From: a virus
Reading direction: 5' to 3' (one strand)
IMG/VR virus record: IMGVR_UViG_3300035204_001665
Coordinates: 1 to 64,000 of that record
Length of the DNA stretch: 64,000 nucleotides
This document shows, piece after piece, positions 29,342 to 42,500 of the stretch; the first letter of the stretch is position 1; each line of letters opens with the position of its first letter. The notes beneath the pieces were generated by a model. The model searched no databases. It saw only the letters and a list, made by a program, of their open reading frames with translations, and had not been told where the DNA came from. The position numbers were made by a program, and so were the translations under genes.

Positions 29342-30499
29342 ATGCAAGACCCGGTAGACGTAAACGCTTATAATAACCCAGATATTCCTGATATTTCCTT
29401 GCCAGACATTCCAATGCCTGAGCCAGAAGAGGTAGTCGTAAAGGAAGTGAAAGACGAAATGGACGCAGCCTTCAAATTTGCTTTTGTAGGGGCTGGCCAA
29501 GGCGGATCGAGAATCGCAGAGACATTCCACAAATTGGGGTACAGAAAAATTGCGGTTCTCAACACTGCTCAACAAGACTTAAACACTGTTAACTTGCAAA
29601 ATAAACTTCTAATTGGAGAAGGCGGTGCCGGGAAAGATCCCGCATATGCAAAAAAAGTATTCGCCGAAAAGAAAGAGGAAGTAGTAGATTTCATGAGATA
29701 TTCGTTCGGCGAAGAACTGGATAAAATCATGGTGTGCGCAGGTGCGGGTGGAGGAACAGGGTCAGGTACAGTGACTTCCTTAGTCCTCGCTGCGAAAGAA
29801 TTACAGGATACACTCGGAGCAAAGACTCCGAAGGTCGGTGTCATTTTAGCCTTACCCAAACATTCCGAAGGAAAAAAGGTTAATGCAAATGCCCACAAAT
29901 GTTTAAATGACGTTTATAAGTTGGTGGAAGAAGGTATAGTATCTCCTTTCGTCATCATTGATAATGAAAGGATCGGTAAGCTGTATCCCAACTTGGTTGT
30001 TTCTAAATTTTGGGATACCGCTAACATGAGCATGGCTGGTCTGTTTCACTTATTTAACTTAACTGCTTCTAGAGACAGCTCTTATACGGCTTTCGATTCT
30101 AGTGATTATAAGTCTGTACTAGATTCTGGATTAATGATGTTCGGTGCTGCCCCAGTGAAAGACTGGGAAGATCCGGTTAGTATTTCCAGAGCGATAAGAG
30201 ACAATTTCAAAAAAGGTTTACTTTCGGGAGGTATCGATGTTTCTACGGGTAATTGCGCCGGAGCAATTGTCGTAGGAGGGAAAGAACAACTCGACAATAT
30301 ACCTCAATCCAGCCTCGATCAAGCATTTGACCAATTATGTAGGATGCTTAAGCCGGGGAACGTCGTCCACAGGGGCATTTACAGCGGCGACAAGCCCTCT
30401 CTGACGGTTTATACGGCCGTTGGGGGTCTAGGTAAGCCTGTAGACAAACTGAGCGAATTAATGAAGCTCGGAGACATGGTTCCCCTCGAAGAGGACTAA
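29342..30499 (+). CDS. Tubulin/FtsZ-superfamily GTPase (CetZ/TubZ-like)
   Basis: VGAGQGGSRIA, NTA..DL, GAGKDP, signature GGGTGSG, LP..SEG, IIDNE and T7-like FDSSD. Confidence 0.92.
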   Translation: MQDPVDVNAYNNPDIPDISLPDIPMPEPEEVVVKEVKDEMDAAFKFAFVGAGQGGSRIAETFHKLGYRKIAVLNTAQQDLNTVNLQNKLLIGEGGAGKDPAYAKKVFAEKKEEVVDFMRYSFGEELDKIMVCAGAGGGTGSGTVTSLVLAAKELQDTLGAKTPKVGVILALPKHSEGKKVNANAHKCLNDVYKLVEEGIVSPFVIIDNERIGKLYPNLVVSKFWDTANMSMAGLFHLFNLTASRDSSYTAFDSSDYKSVLDSGLMMFGAAPVKDWEDPVSISRAIRDNFKKGLLSGGIDVSTGNCAGAIVVGGKEQLDNIPQSSLDQAFDQLCRMLKPGNVVHRGIYSGDKPSLTVYTAVGGLGKPVDKLSELMKLGDMVPLEED

Positions 30500-30505
30500 A
30501 GAGCC

Positions 30506-33500
30506 TTACCCCCTATTTTGTGTGGATTGATGGAGTATTCCTCCCTGTCTTTTCTGCTGTACGATAGTCTCTACTACGGTTTGTTTGATAAGTGTTCCAA
30601 GCGATCTGGCCTTTTCGAGAGATATCCCTTCTCCTCCAGTATTTACGTCGGTCGTTATCCCTCCGTTTTCGTTTAGATTTACGTTAATTGTAATATTGTT
30701 TGTTGTATCCCCATCAGCGACAGAGGGCTCAGACATTATTCCTTTGGCATTTTTCTCTGATCCCTTGCTTGATCGTAGACCATTTCCGCCCACGTACCCG
30801 CCCGAAGCAAACGCAGGGACATTCCCCTTGTTCAGTTGGGTAAAGAAATCTGAACCGTATTTTTGTACTGCACTTCTATTGACTACGTATTCTCCGCCCA
30901 TTAACATGGCTGGGATAGCGTCGCCGATTAGTCCGCCCGTGGCCTTCCCGATACCTCTACTGGTTACCGCTCCTCCCGAAGCTCCACCTAGCCAGCTAAA
31001 GAAGTTGCCGCCGACGGTGCCTTGCGCTCCGGGCATGCCTAGCCCAGCGCCACCTGTTAATGCACTTATGCCTAATGATGCCGCAGCAGCGATCATGGAG
31101 TACTTCATTCTCTTCTTCTTCGCGGCCTTCCATTTTGCTACTGCTTCTGCATGGGCAATTAGATCACTTGCTCTATCTTCGTAGTAGCTATAAAGTTTGG
31201 ACACCTTGTCTTGTCTAATTTTGTTCCTTGGATTGTCACTGTCGGCAAGTGCTTGTCTAGTTAATCTAGGATCTATTGAAAAGTAACTATGATCAAGCGA
31301 CGGGAACTTATCACTATCGTAAACAAATGCATTTCTTAAATTATAATCTACCCATCTTCCCTCTCTCCCATGTTTTATATTCGAGACCAGTCCTTCTTGC
31401 GGATCGGCGAATGCGTTTGCCTCCCATTGCGCTTTTAACTTAGCTATGTCTTTGGTAGACATTCCTAGTCCACCGTGCGTCGTGGGCTCAGACAAGTGCG
31501 TCCAGTAATCTACCTTATAGTTCTTTTTTCCAAAGAAGCTGGGGTCTGGATCTGTGTGTTCATATTGAGGTAGACCTCTTTGTCTTCTTAAGGCGGTCAT
31601 TTCTGACACTAAAGTTTTGCTGCCGTCAGGATATAGAATATATGCCGGCTGGCCTAATTTTGGATCTCCGACAATCTTTCCGGGGCCTCTTCCTGCACGG
31701 ACGCCTGCACCGACTCTGCCTCCGGTGGCATATTTATTTACCGCCCCAAATCCCTCATTATTAATGAGATCAATTAGAGAAACTCCATACTTTTTAACCG
31801 CCGCTTTTCTTAGTACATATTCCCCTTGTTGTAAAAATGCAGGCACATCGTCTTTGGTTCCTGACCCTCCTACAACTGGTCCACCTCTAGCAAATTTTTG
31901 AACACCATTATTAGTAATCAAGCCACCCGTTGCTGCTGGAGCAGCCTGCGCGAACGAGCCTATTACTCTATTTACTGTCATCTGGAGTACTTGATCTAGA
32001 GCATAATCGGCCAACTTTAGGAACATGTCACTGAAAGCTTCCTCCAAAGTCTTAGTTCCCTTAATCGCTTCGCCAAACGCAGAAGCTATTCCGCTTCTGA
32101 ACTCCATGCCAAATGTAAATAATGCTTCATCAGCATCGATCATCATTTCTTTGGTTCCGTAGTGCCAAGCGGCGAAGAGATCCTTGAAGGTCTGCTTCAT
32201 TTGATAACTTCCGTCCTTAATAGACTTTCTAGTTTCTTCCCTTCGAGCTTCTATTGTTTCCCGACTTAGTGTTCCCGGGTCGAGCATGTCTAAATTAATT
32301 TGTTCTCTTAGGTCGGTTAAATCATTTTTTAGTTTCTTTATTTTTATATTTTTCCATGCTTCCTCTAGACTCTTTCCATCTTTCGCCATTTGTTCCAGCA
32401 ATTTTGCTTGGTGTTCATATTTCTTGGCCTCCTCAGAGGCCGCTAGGGCTCCTTCCACATCTTCGCCTAACATCAAGGTATCGTGTTTAGCCCAAGCTCG
32501 CTTTGCTGCCACTTTCATATTTTCGATTACTGGAGCTATGGGAGTAGTAATACCCGGTTGGATTTTGCCCGGCATTAGATCTGGATGATCCTTAAGAAGA
32601 GACGCGGTACCCACTTGCCACGCTGCCCTTCCTGCTTGCCAAGTTTTTTCCTCTTGTGCAGAAATAGCTGAAGGCATTGCCCCAGAAGCCTTCATCAAAT
32701 AAAGAGTTCTTCTTTCTAGTTGGAACCGATTATCGTGAGCCTCCTTGGACATTTTGAGACTATTCTCGTGAAAGTTCTTCTGAGCCTTTGTCATCGCTAA
32801 GTAAAACTCTCTTATCTGCTTAGGCGTTAGCTTCTGACCGCCAAGGTCTAGTTGGGTTAGCTCGTCAAAGAGCCGCTTTTGTACTTCCGGGCTTTGCCCG
32901 GGACCAAATACATCCTCCGAGGTACCAAGGCTACCCTGAAGATATCCATGAAGCACTCGGCCACCTTGCTTATTTAAGCCAAATTTCTTTTCTAAATCTG
33001 TTATCCATTTTGGGCGTTCCCCCTTTCCTTGTATGCCCAAAGACGCAAGCAGCCCTCCCAGCTTTTTCTTAAGGGGGCTTTTACTATCTGACCAGTAAGG
33101 TACTCCCGGAGCCTCGCCGCCCAAGGGCCTAGCATCTATACCGGCTCTACGGGCCGCCTCAGGGGTTTGGTTCCACCCTATGTTCAAGCTCCTCCAAGAA
33201 TTAGCCGGGGCCTGTCCGGCTTGGATAAGCCTAGATTGACTAGGAAACAGCCCAAGCGGCGCATACCCGGGCCTTTTGCCCCCTGAAGAAGTATCAAGTC
33301 CCAAGCGTTTTTTGATCGTATCAATGAGGTTCTGGTCCTTGCCGCCTCCTCCAGTTCCAAACATAAACTGCTCTAAACTTTTTTCTATTCTCTTCTCAAG
33401 GCCGCTGGCCAATTGTTGCAAGTTGTCAGATGTCGCTGGGCCACTTCTCAATTGCAGGATTGAACGATCTAGTTCTTTTATCTCCGCGTCCAATTGTTGA

Positions 33501-36500
33501 AGCTGTAGGTTAAAGCCTTCTTTTAATAATTTTTGTAGCTCTTTAAGTGTGTCTCTCTGTGCGTCTGTAGCGTCCTCCATCACTGACCTAATATCTTCCA
33601 TCACTAACTGGGTACCTAATTGTTCATTCGGGGCAAGTATTTTTCTTATTTGTTCATCTAATTTCTTCTTCTTGGCGGGCATCCTTTGAATTGCATATAA
33701 AGTGGGGTCGAGACCTTCCAGCCTTATCTGGTCTGTTAGACCACCAATCAAATCATCAAGATTGTCTACTTGGTCCTCGACATATTGTTTTAATATTTTA
33801 TCTACTTCCTTTTGGGCAATCTGGATATCGAGATATCTCTCACGAATTACAGAGTCTGACTGCATTGCTGCTTGCCTTAATGCGTTAGCTTGCGTTTTGT
33901 AATGTTCGTATTTGGCCCTTAGTTGTGCTATTTTTTTCGGGTCCTCTTCCTGCGCCTCCATAATCTCTAGCTCTAGTCGCATTTCCTCTGCCATGACCTT
34001 GGTTTGATCAGATTCCTTCAATCGCGCATTTCTCCAAGCGGTCGCAGTTGGTCGGGTAGCCTGCGCTGCACTCGCTGCACTAGGATCTCTTGTCGCCGCT
34101 CCCCAGAAATCGAAACCGGTCGATTGACCTCCTTGGTATGCCATACTCGCATAATTTTTCCTCCAAGCGTCCATGGATAAACCTATTCGCCCACTACGCA
34201 TTTCTCTTTGTCCGGCTCTATTAGCGGTTGGTGTAAGTGACGCCTCGAAAATTCTTCTATTTAATTGACTTAAGTCTTCATTAGCTTGATCTGCATTCTT
34301 TAATTGCATTTCAAATAATATTCTTCGACGTTCTGTCTTGGCTGCTTCGTCTTTAATTTCGTTGTCGTAAATTTTAGCAAATTGGCTTTCGTATTTTCTT
34401 ACTCTTAGTTCATTTAAATTAGCGAGTGAGGTTATTTTTTCCTGAACCGTTTTCATTGGGGATAATTGAGTATCCAAGTTATCTAACATGGCATTTTCTA
34501 AAGCATCATTGAGATCAATCATTTGATCCTTTATATACGTTTTCATCTCTTCGCCCAGTGGGCCCTGTTGGGCTTTAGCTAAGTGTCTCCATCCGCCAAC
34601 GCCGAACATCTGACCTCCCACGCCAGAGAGTCTTCCCGCCTGATCCCAATTTGATCCGAGTTCAGGTTGCCCAAATAATCTGCCTATGCCGGGTTGATGC
34701 ACGGAAGTTCTAAGCATGGAGCCTCTATCTCCTATTGGAATACCGGCAGCAGTAAATTTTTCTTCTGTAGCTTTTCTTCCTCGTCTCCAATCCCCCACAG
34801 CCGAAGCGTGCTCTGTTGCCATTTGTTTTTTCCATTCTACATGTTTTTCCGCTGGAGTCAACCCGGCCCATTTTGCCTTGGCATTGTCGCCGTATTTTTT
34901 AACGTAGTGTGCTGGTGGAACTGTCTGAGTGTCAGCTGGCATCGCCCCCCTTCTCGGCGCGGGAGCGTCATAGCCTTTAACCTCTTCAGCTGTGATGCCA
35001 TATCTAGCCGCCTGTAAACTCACGTTGGGAGTATAACCCCCGAATTGGAGCCTTTCCATACTCGCACTATGACGCGTGGCTCGTGCAGCAGAAAAAGCTG
35101 CCCGATTGTCCCTAGTCGCAGGAAGTCTTTCGAGCTTCATCAATTTTTGTACGTTATCGTCTAGCGTGCCTTGTAGTTTTCTGAAGAAGTTCTCATGATC
35201 TTCGTCGAAAAGAACTTCTAGTCTGTCGACTAAAGTTTTTTGGAAATCTGTTAAGGCGAAGTCACCACCGAGAATCTTATCGAAATCTTGATCTCTTCCC
35301 CAGTCCGCAAATACTTCTTTAAATTTATAGCCAAGCGAAGTGTCTTTTAATTGACCCAATTCAGTCCTAGATTCAAGACCTGTAAACTTTGCGCGTTTAA
35401 AGGCCGTGTCTGCCGCATAGCCTTTTTCCATAAATTTTTGTATATCTATATCCCTCAAGATTTGAAGGGCCTTTATTTGATCTTGAAGGCTTCCGGCTTG
35501 GACGTTCGCTATGGCTTTTTCAATTCTTAGCCTGTACTCTTGGAGCTTTACGACATCTCCATGCTCCTCCCCAATCTTCTTGATTGCTTCCAAGACTCCC
35601 ATCAGCTGCGCCTGTTCCAATGCGTCCTGTCGGTCGAAATTATCAATGTCATTATCAAACTTGTCTTGCAGCTGCTCGAGTCTCGATCTTATAGAACCCT
35701 CTATTTTGCTTTCCTTAATGCCTGTCTCCAATGCCATTTGTACTTCATTGAGGACGGATTGAGGGCTACTTTCTGCCACCGCAGTCAATCCCAGACGTGT
35801 CCCAGTTCCGAAGCCCGCCCATTCCTTAGCAGTTCCGCCTCTGAAGAGCCACTCTGCCTCTTTTTGTATTCTTTTAAAGTCTGGTAATATAGCATCCATT
35901 TGCGACATGCGCTCTTGCTGCTGGTTCCACCAAAACTCTTTACCCCAATCTGTAAATAAGGACGGTCCGGCTGTCATAGGCCTTAAGTTAGGGTCACGGC
36001 CTTCATTTAGGCGTTCCCTCTCCTCGTTGTAGTATTCTTGATCTCTCAATGCTGCCAGCCTTTTTAGTCCGGTAGCTAAATCTCTTAACTCAGCATCAGT
36101 CATATCTATAGACTTCTTGCCTCCCTTACCGCCTTTGGTCCATCCGCCAACAAGTGAAGCTTTATATCTCTCGGCATCCTCTTGATCTTTGAGATTCTCA
36201 GATGCCTGCAGCCTGAAATAAGCGTCGATCGCAAGAGCACCTTGCCAGAATCTATTCTTTTTCATTCCAGACTCTCCGTACGAGCCGGCCTTCGGAACCT
36301 CTTTCCTTGCTGTCTCTTTATCTACTGCGAGCTCTATCCTCGCATCTCTCACTTTTAGTGCTTGGTTGCGCACAGCTCTTTCTCTAAAATCCCTTGCTAA
36401 ATCCGCCGGCGGCGGCGGATTTAAAGGCCCGGCCCCGGAAACTTCAAAAACTTGACCACCTTGGTCGATGGCACGTTCCTTAGCCTTAAGATTCAGAACC

Positions 36501-39500
36501 GCCTCTTGCCTGTCAATCCTTTCGTCGAGGAGTCTAATTCGTCTCCTTTCCCATTCTAGTGCATCTTTAAAATACTGTTCCTGCTTGTCGTTCGGCGCTA
36601 GATCCCATTCCTCACTCATGCCAAGTGCTTCTTTACTTAGCTTAATAGACAGTTTCTTATGACGCTCCGCTTCTGAATACGCCTTTTTGCGCTGTATTTC
36701 TAACTCGCGCTTTTCATGTTTATCGATATTGTCACGGCGCGAAAACTCCGTTATATTATCCCCTTTCAATGTCCATATATCGCCTCGCTGTCTATGAGCC
36801 TCCGCGAGCCTTTCCTTTTCAGCGATCTGAGCCCTGCGGGAGATATTAGGAAGGTCTTCGCCGTATTTCATGTATTTTTGATATGCATGTTTATAGCTTG
36901 CCAGCCAATCTTCATCGCCCCTATCTCCGGTCCTATCATTGGGCTCTACTCCCGTGTACCCCAGCTTTTTCGCCATAAACCATGCGCCTTGTTGATTTAT
37001 GACCCTATCGCCACCAGTGGTTCCGCCGAGGAGGCTGGTAAACATCTTCACCCACTGAGTTCCGGTGCCCACGTTCCTGTCAATTATTTGAGAAAGGGCT
37101 CCATACAGAGTAGCTTCCTCTCCCTTTTTATATTTCACGAAGAAGTCACCCTCGTCTGATACCCCATTCTCGAAAAAGTCGTCCCCAATGGCTGGCAGAG
37201 CGCCGCCGCCGAGTGGCACGATTCTACCCGCATCGAGCTCCTTCTGCGTATATGTTCCTCGTTTCCTATACATGCCATCCTGACTCCAAACCGTATTGCC
37301 GGCTGCATCTTTTTCCCATGGTTGCCAATTGCCCGCTTTTGCTACAGCTAAATTTGCCTGAAAGTCTGGTCCCATGTTCGCGAGCACGCCTGAATCAAAT
37401 CTTACATCTGATGGTATTTGTCCACGTGCTATTTGCTTAAGTGCTTCTACTCGTCCAGCATGACTGAGATTCGGATCATCAAATAGAGCTTGCCCGACTG
37501 ACATGAAAGCTTTAGCTTGCGCCGTCCTTGCCTCCCTTTGCGCTTTCTCAGCCGTACCCCCGGAACCATCAGCGAGCAAGTTTCCCTGATCCCACTTCAT
37601 CCAACCCATCTGCATAGCTAGATATTTTGACCGCAGATCTTTAAATTGTACATCCATCTTGCCTTGTTGGCTCAATCTTTCCTGTTCTGCGTCACTCGTG
37701 CTATTCATTAGCTGCATCGCTCTTTTTTCGTTCTTGTTAATCTCTTGGAGATTCTTCATGTACGTTTGAATTCCGAAACCAACGTTAAAAGCAGTGATGA
37801 GACGTGACAGGCTATCATCTATTGACTGGAATCCCGCTTCATTTGTCGCCGTTATCACTGTCCCGATATTGTCTATTCCGGTTTCTTTTATTGCTCGAGT
37901 AAAGGCACTTTGGTTTGCCTCCTCCAAGAATCTCCACTGATCCCCAAACATCTCCCTCAACAACTCCATATCATTTCTAATTTTGATCACATCTTCAGGC
38001 AAGGCTTTCAATTTCAACGCAGCGCTGACTTGCTGCATCGCGTCGTCTATTGCTCCTTCGCTCATTGATTTAAAGACGCCCTGCCTCCACAATTCATCGT
38101 CTGGTTTAGCGCCCCCCCAAGACCTCAGGTTTTTATCCTTAATTTTGAGCTGTTTTTGTACGTCTAAAGTCAGGCCCAGTACGGCACTAGCAATCATCTT
38201 GTCGTAAGTCGGGTCGGAAAGCTGTCCCGCGTCCATACTGAAATTTTTTGTTAGATCCTGTAAAGACTTAAAGTCCGCCCTTCCTCTATTCATAAGTCGC
38301 TGCGGTATAGTCGGGCTAAATTCCGCCTCCGCCCTTTCCTCTCGCAGACTTCTAGTCTTTTTCCATCTTTCTCCTCCAGCAAAGCTAGCTATCCCTCCTC
38401 CAAATTTTAACTGTTGTTGAAGTTCGATTAGTCTTTCTTGATTCTTTGTTTGTATTTTTTGAATCATTATCTCTTCTTGTTGTTGCTGTAGCAACTTCAT
38501 TAAGCTTTGTTCGGCCGATTCTTTCAGAGAGCCTATCTCATTCACTACGGAATCTATCTCGGTAGAACTCAATCCTACGGTATTAAGCTCCCGACGAAGA
38601 TTTTTCACTATGTTCGGCATCATTTGTTCCGGGGCAGCGGCTGATTGGTGCAGGGCTTTTCCCAGTATTTCAGAGAACGCCTGTTGAGCTCTCTCTCTTT
38701 TCTTTAATTCAGTTTTTTCAGTGATCGATAAGGGCTGGCCTTCTTTATATTGTTTTAGTTGTAGTCTTTGTACTGTCTTAGCATTTTCGTCCAGCTTTTT
38801 ATCAAGAACACCAATTATGCTGCGCTGAGTTTTTGCAACCAATAACTGCCCTGACGCTAAATATTTCTCCATAGTGGCCATCTCTGCTATCTGTTGCTTC
38901 CGCTGCATTTGATCCCATTTTCCCTCGAAAGGATCAATCAATTTCGAGTGACCCCTCGCGTTTGTTAGGACGGCCTTCCTAGAATAAGATTCTCTCATTC
39001 TTCTTCTTTCATTATGCCCTTCTACTCTTTTTCTTGCAATGTCAGTAATTGATTTAAGATTAAAATTAAAATGATCAAGCTGTTCTCCAGCTCTCTTCAT
39101 TGCTACGTTAAATACGCCAGATATCTCTTTATTTTTTCTTATTACTTCCGCCAGCTTATCTAACTCGTCTGCGGCCTCGCTTTCAGCCTTTAGGCGATGC
39201 AGAATCGCCCCGTTGAGAGCGGTCATATCATGTATTCCTTTAACTAATACCTGCTCTATCGCCTCCATCAGTTCGGGGTTTAGGCCAACCTCCGCGAACC
39301 ACTGCATATTATTTTTTACTCTCTCGTTATGCTTTATCCCGGGTCGGGTACCGGCCATCAATTTTCTTCTGAGCTCTTTGCCCGCAAAACCCTGAACGTC
39401 TTCCTTCTCTAACCTCCTCATGACAGAATCCACCACCGCATCTCTCGCAGCAGCTGCATTAAATCTCTGTTTTCTTGCCTGTTCAGCGCCACCCGCTGCA

Positions 39501-42500
39501 GCGGCTCCTCCACCGAATCCACCTTCTACACCTGTTTTGTCACCGCCCTGATGGCCCCAGAACCACCACCCAATTTCGTCACGCTCCTTCCTGCCTTTTT
39601 CTATAGTTCCCGCAGCTTCAATGTCTTTAGCAACATCCTTCAGGGATTTTTCGATTCTTTCGAAGGTCTTTTTGAGTTCGTCGCCGCTATGAGCAGCCGC
39701 CCTAACATCCGCAGCAAATTCTCTCGGTACATTTCTTACGGACTCGAACATCGCGTCCGTTCTCTTTTTTAATTGTTCGGGGCTGATATCTGGATCAGTT
39801 AAAGCCTGCTGGTATTCAGCTTGATTCTTAAGATACTCTTGGGAAAGATTTTGAAACTCTTGCAGTTTTTCATTTGCCCCCTCTAGGGCCTCCTTCCATT
39901 TTTTGGTTTGGTCTCTAGAAGCTTCTCCCCACTTTTCAATTCCATCCAACACAGCGAATGTTGCAGCGCCAGCCATCACCCATGGATTGCCGCTCATTGC
40001 TCCCATCAAGCCAATGCTCATGCTATCTTGGACGACCTTGGACTTCTGCTCATCCATTCCGAGCCCGGCCATTGCTCCGCCGACCATAGGCATCGCCATC
40101 ATTCCCATCATTGCCCCCTGTTGACCCCACTGTCCAACCATTCCTCCGCCGCGCTTCAACGAACCCATCATACCGCCCCCCGCCGCTCCAGCGGCGGCAC
40201 CGCCTACCATTTGCCCTGACGACATTGCATTTCTATTGTGCGCAGCAGCTTCTCTCGTGAGAGCTGCAGAATTTTTGTCATGTGCAGCGCGCTCTTCTTG
40301 AAGATCTATTTCTAGTTGCTTTCTTGTTGCTACTTCCTTATCGAGAGCTGCTCCTTCTTTTGTTCTTGAAACTTTATTCTTTTTTCTTTGTTGGACGCTG
40401 GCCCTTATTTCGTCCGCTTCTTTTTTTCGGTCTTTATTAGATTGGGTTAAAATTTTGTTTTCTTCCTTTTCCAGCTTTTCCTTTTCCTCATCAGTCATCG
40501 AGCTAGTCTTCCTTCCTTTAAGTCCAGCCTTTTCTCTAGCTTCCGATTTTTCTTTTCCGGTTAAATCGTCCCTTCCTCTTTCCTTATCTAACTTGTCGGC
40601 CTTGGCTAAATCTTTATCGTCTTTCTTTGTATTTTTTAAGTTTTTGGCAAACTCTTCTAGCGCTTGTTCTGCTTGCTCTGCGCCGTCGCCCAATTCTCTC
40701 TGCCGTTCCTTAAGATCCTCGCCCTCTGCCTGCATTGCTTCGAACCTAGTTCTAAGCTCTATGGCGGCTGAGCCTGTCTCTTTAAATTTATCTGCCAAGT
40801 CTTTGGCTCCCATAGCCATAAAGGCCAGAGCCATCGTATTTATGCCGGTGTCTACGCCGGTCATTCCTCCCCCCTCATCCTCCGCAAAGTTGGGAACAAA
40901 CCCGCTTGAAGACAAAACCTTTTGAGCAGCCTTGGAGTTTTGCACTGCCCTACCTATACCTTCTGGATGATCCCTTACTACATCAGCGAAACTACTTTGA
41001 GTTTTAGCGTCTCTTACATAAACTCCCACCCTAGGATTATAATCTAACGTCGGCTTTCCACCGAGCGCCTGCTCTGTCTCGATTGCTTCCATCACTCCGA
41101 AATTAGGAATGAAGCCCCCAGATTTTCCTTTGCCCTTTGTTCCCTTTTTACTACTTACTTCCGAACGTATTCTCCTAAATTCATTGGCTATTTTTTCAGC
41201 CATACTTTTTCGAAGGGTCGGTGAATTCTGGGCCTTGTAATCTGCATGACCAACAAAGGGTACACCAAATAAGTTTCTAACTTTTCCTGATCCTTTTGTA
41301 CCCGATCTAACATCAAATCGTGCAGTTTCTACATCTTTAGCTCTAGCGAACGCTGCGTCTAATCCTGCTTCAAATACGTTGCCAACCGCAGATTTGAGAG
41401 CGCCAGTATTAAAATATTTCCCCGGCTCAGGAGTTAAAGCAGGCTTAATTGGGTCTGGACTGAATTCCCTTGCATACGCTGTCGCTGTTTTTGTCAAAGA
41501 TTTTTCTACCTTTTTATGTAAAGAGTCCCTCCTGTTCTTGGGTATGTCTGGGTCATAAATATTAAATTTTATTCTCGTACTTTTCTTTCCTCTACCTGTT
41601 CCCGGAACTGACGCTATTGCTGAGGTCCCACGCCCAGCCCCGAGTCCCATCTCTGGCACTAACATCGCAGCCGACCGAGTAGCATCCCAAACTCCCCCAA
41701 CTCTTCTCGGCTCAGCGACAGCGAAATTAGGAATAAATCCTCCAGAGAATAGTTTTTCTTTTCTTGCCGCTAAAGCGTTTTTGGTATCAAACCCCATTAT
41801 CCTATTCATTTCGCCAAGGCTTCCTATGGCGGGAGTGCCAGAGGGAGACATCGTCCAAGTAGAAAGTTCATTACCTCTATTTTTCGTTTCTATACCTATA
41901 CGATTTTCTAGAGTACGTAAATGGGCAGCAGCCATTTGATCACCGCCCTTTATTTTTGATTGCAGCCTTCTCTTTAGGTGGCGCAAGCTAGAACTATTTG
42001 TTTCATATAAAGTTTTTTTAAAAATTTGAGCGACATATCTGGCTCTAAAAGATGGCTTAGATTCAACCGCAAAGTTTCTTCCTCCCACTCTTTCTCCCGA
42101 ATCATAAGGTAACTTGAGTTTCTGTGGGTCCATGTCTTTTGCCGCTTGACTCTTGCCTCTAAATCGACCCATTCCAAATCCTCCGTATCTTGCGGCAAGT
42201 GCGGCTTCCTGTTGTCCTCCTTTTTTCGCCGCTCTCCTTCCTGTTCCTTTCGTAAATCCGGCCCTTTCTTTTTCGGTTATTGGTTTTTGTTGACCCAGCG
42301 TATTGATGGTTACATATTCACTTCCGGGAATAACATATTTAATGACTTTGCCTAGTTCTGGGCCGACCTCTTTAGCTAGCACGTCTCCCCTAATTTTTAA
42401 TCTGCCACTAGACCCCTGTCTTCCCTGCTTGTCTACGCCAAGGCGTAGGGACGTAAGAAATTGCAAAAGGTTTGGAACAAATCCAAATGCGCTAGGTCCA

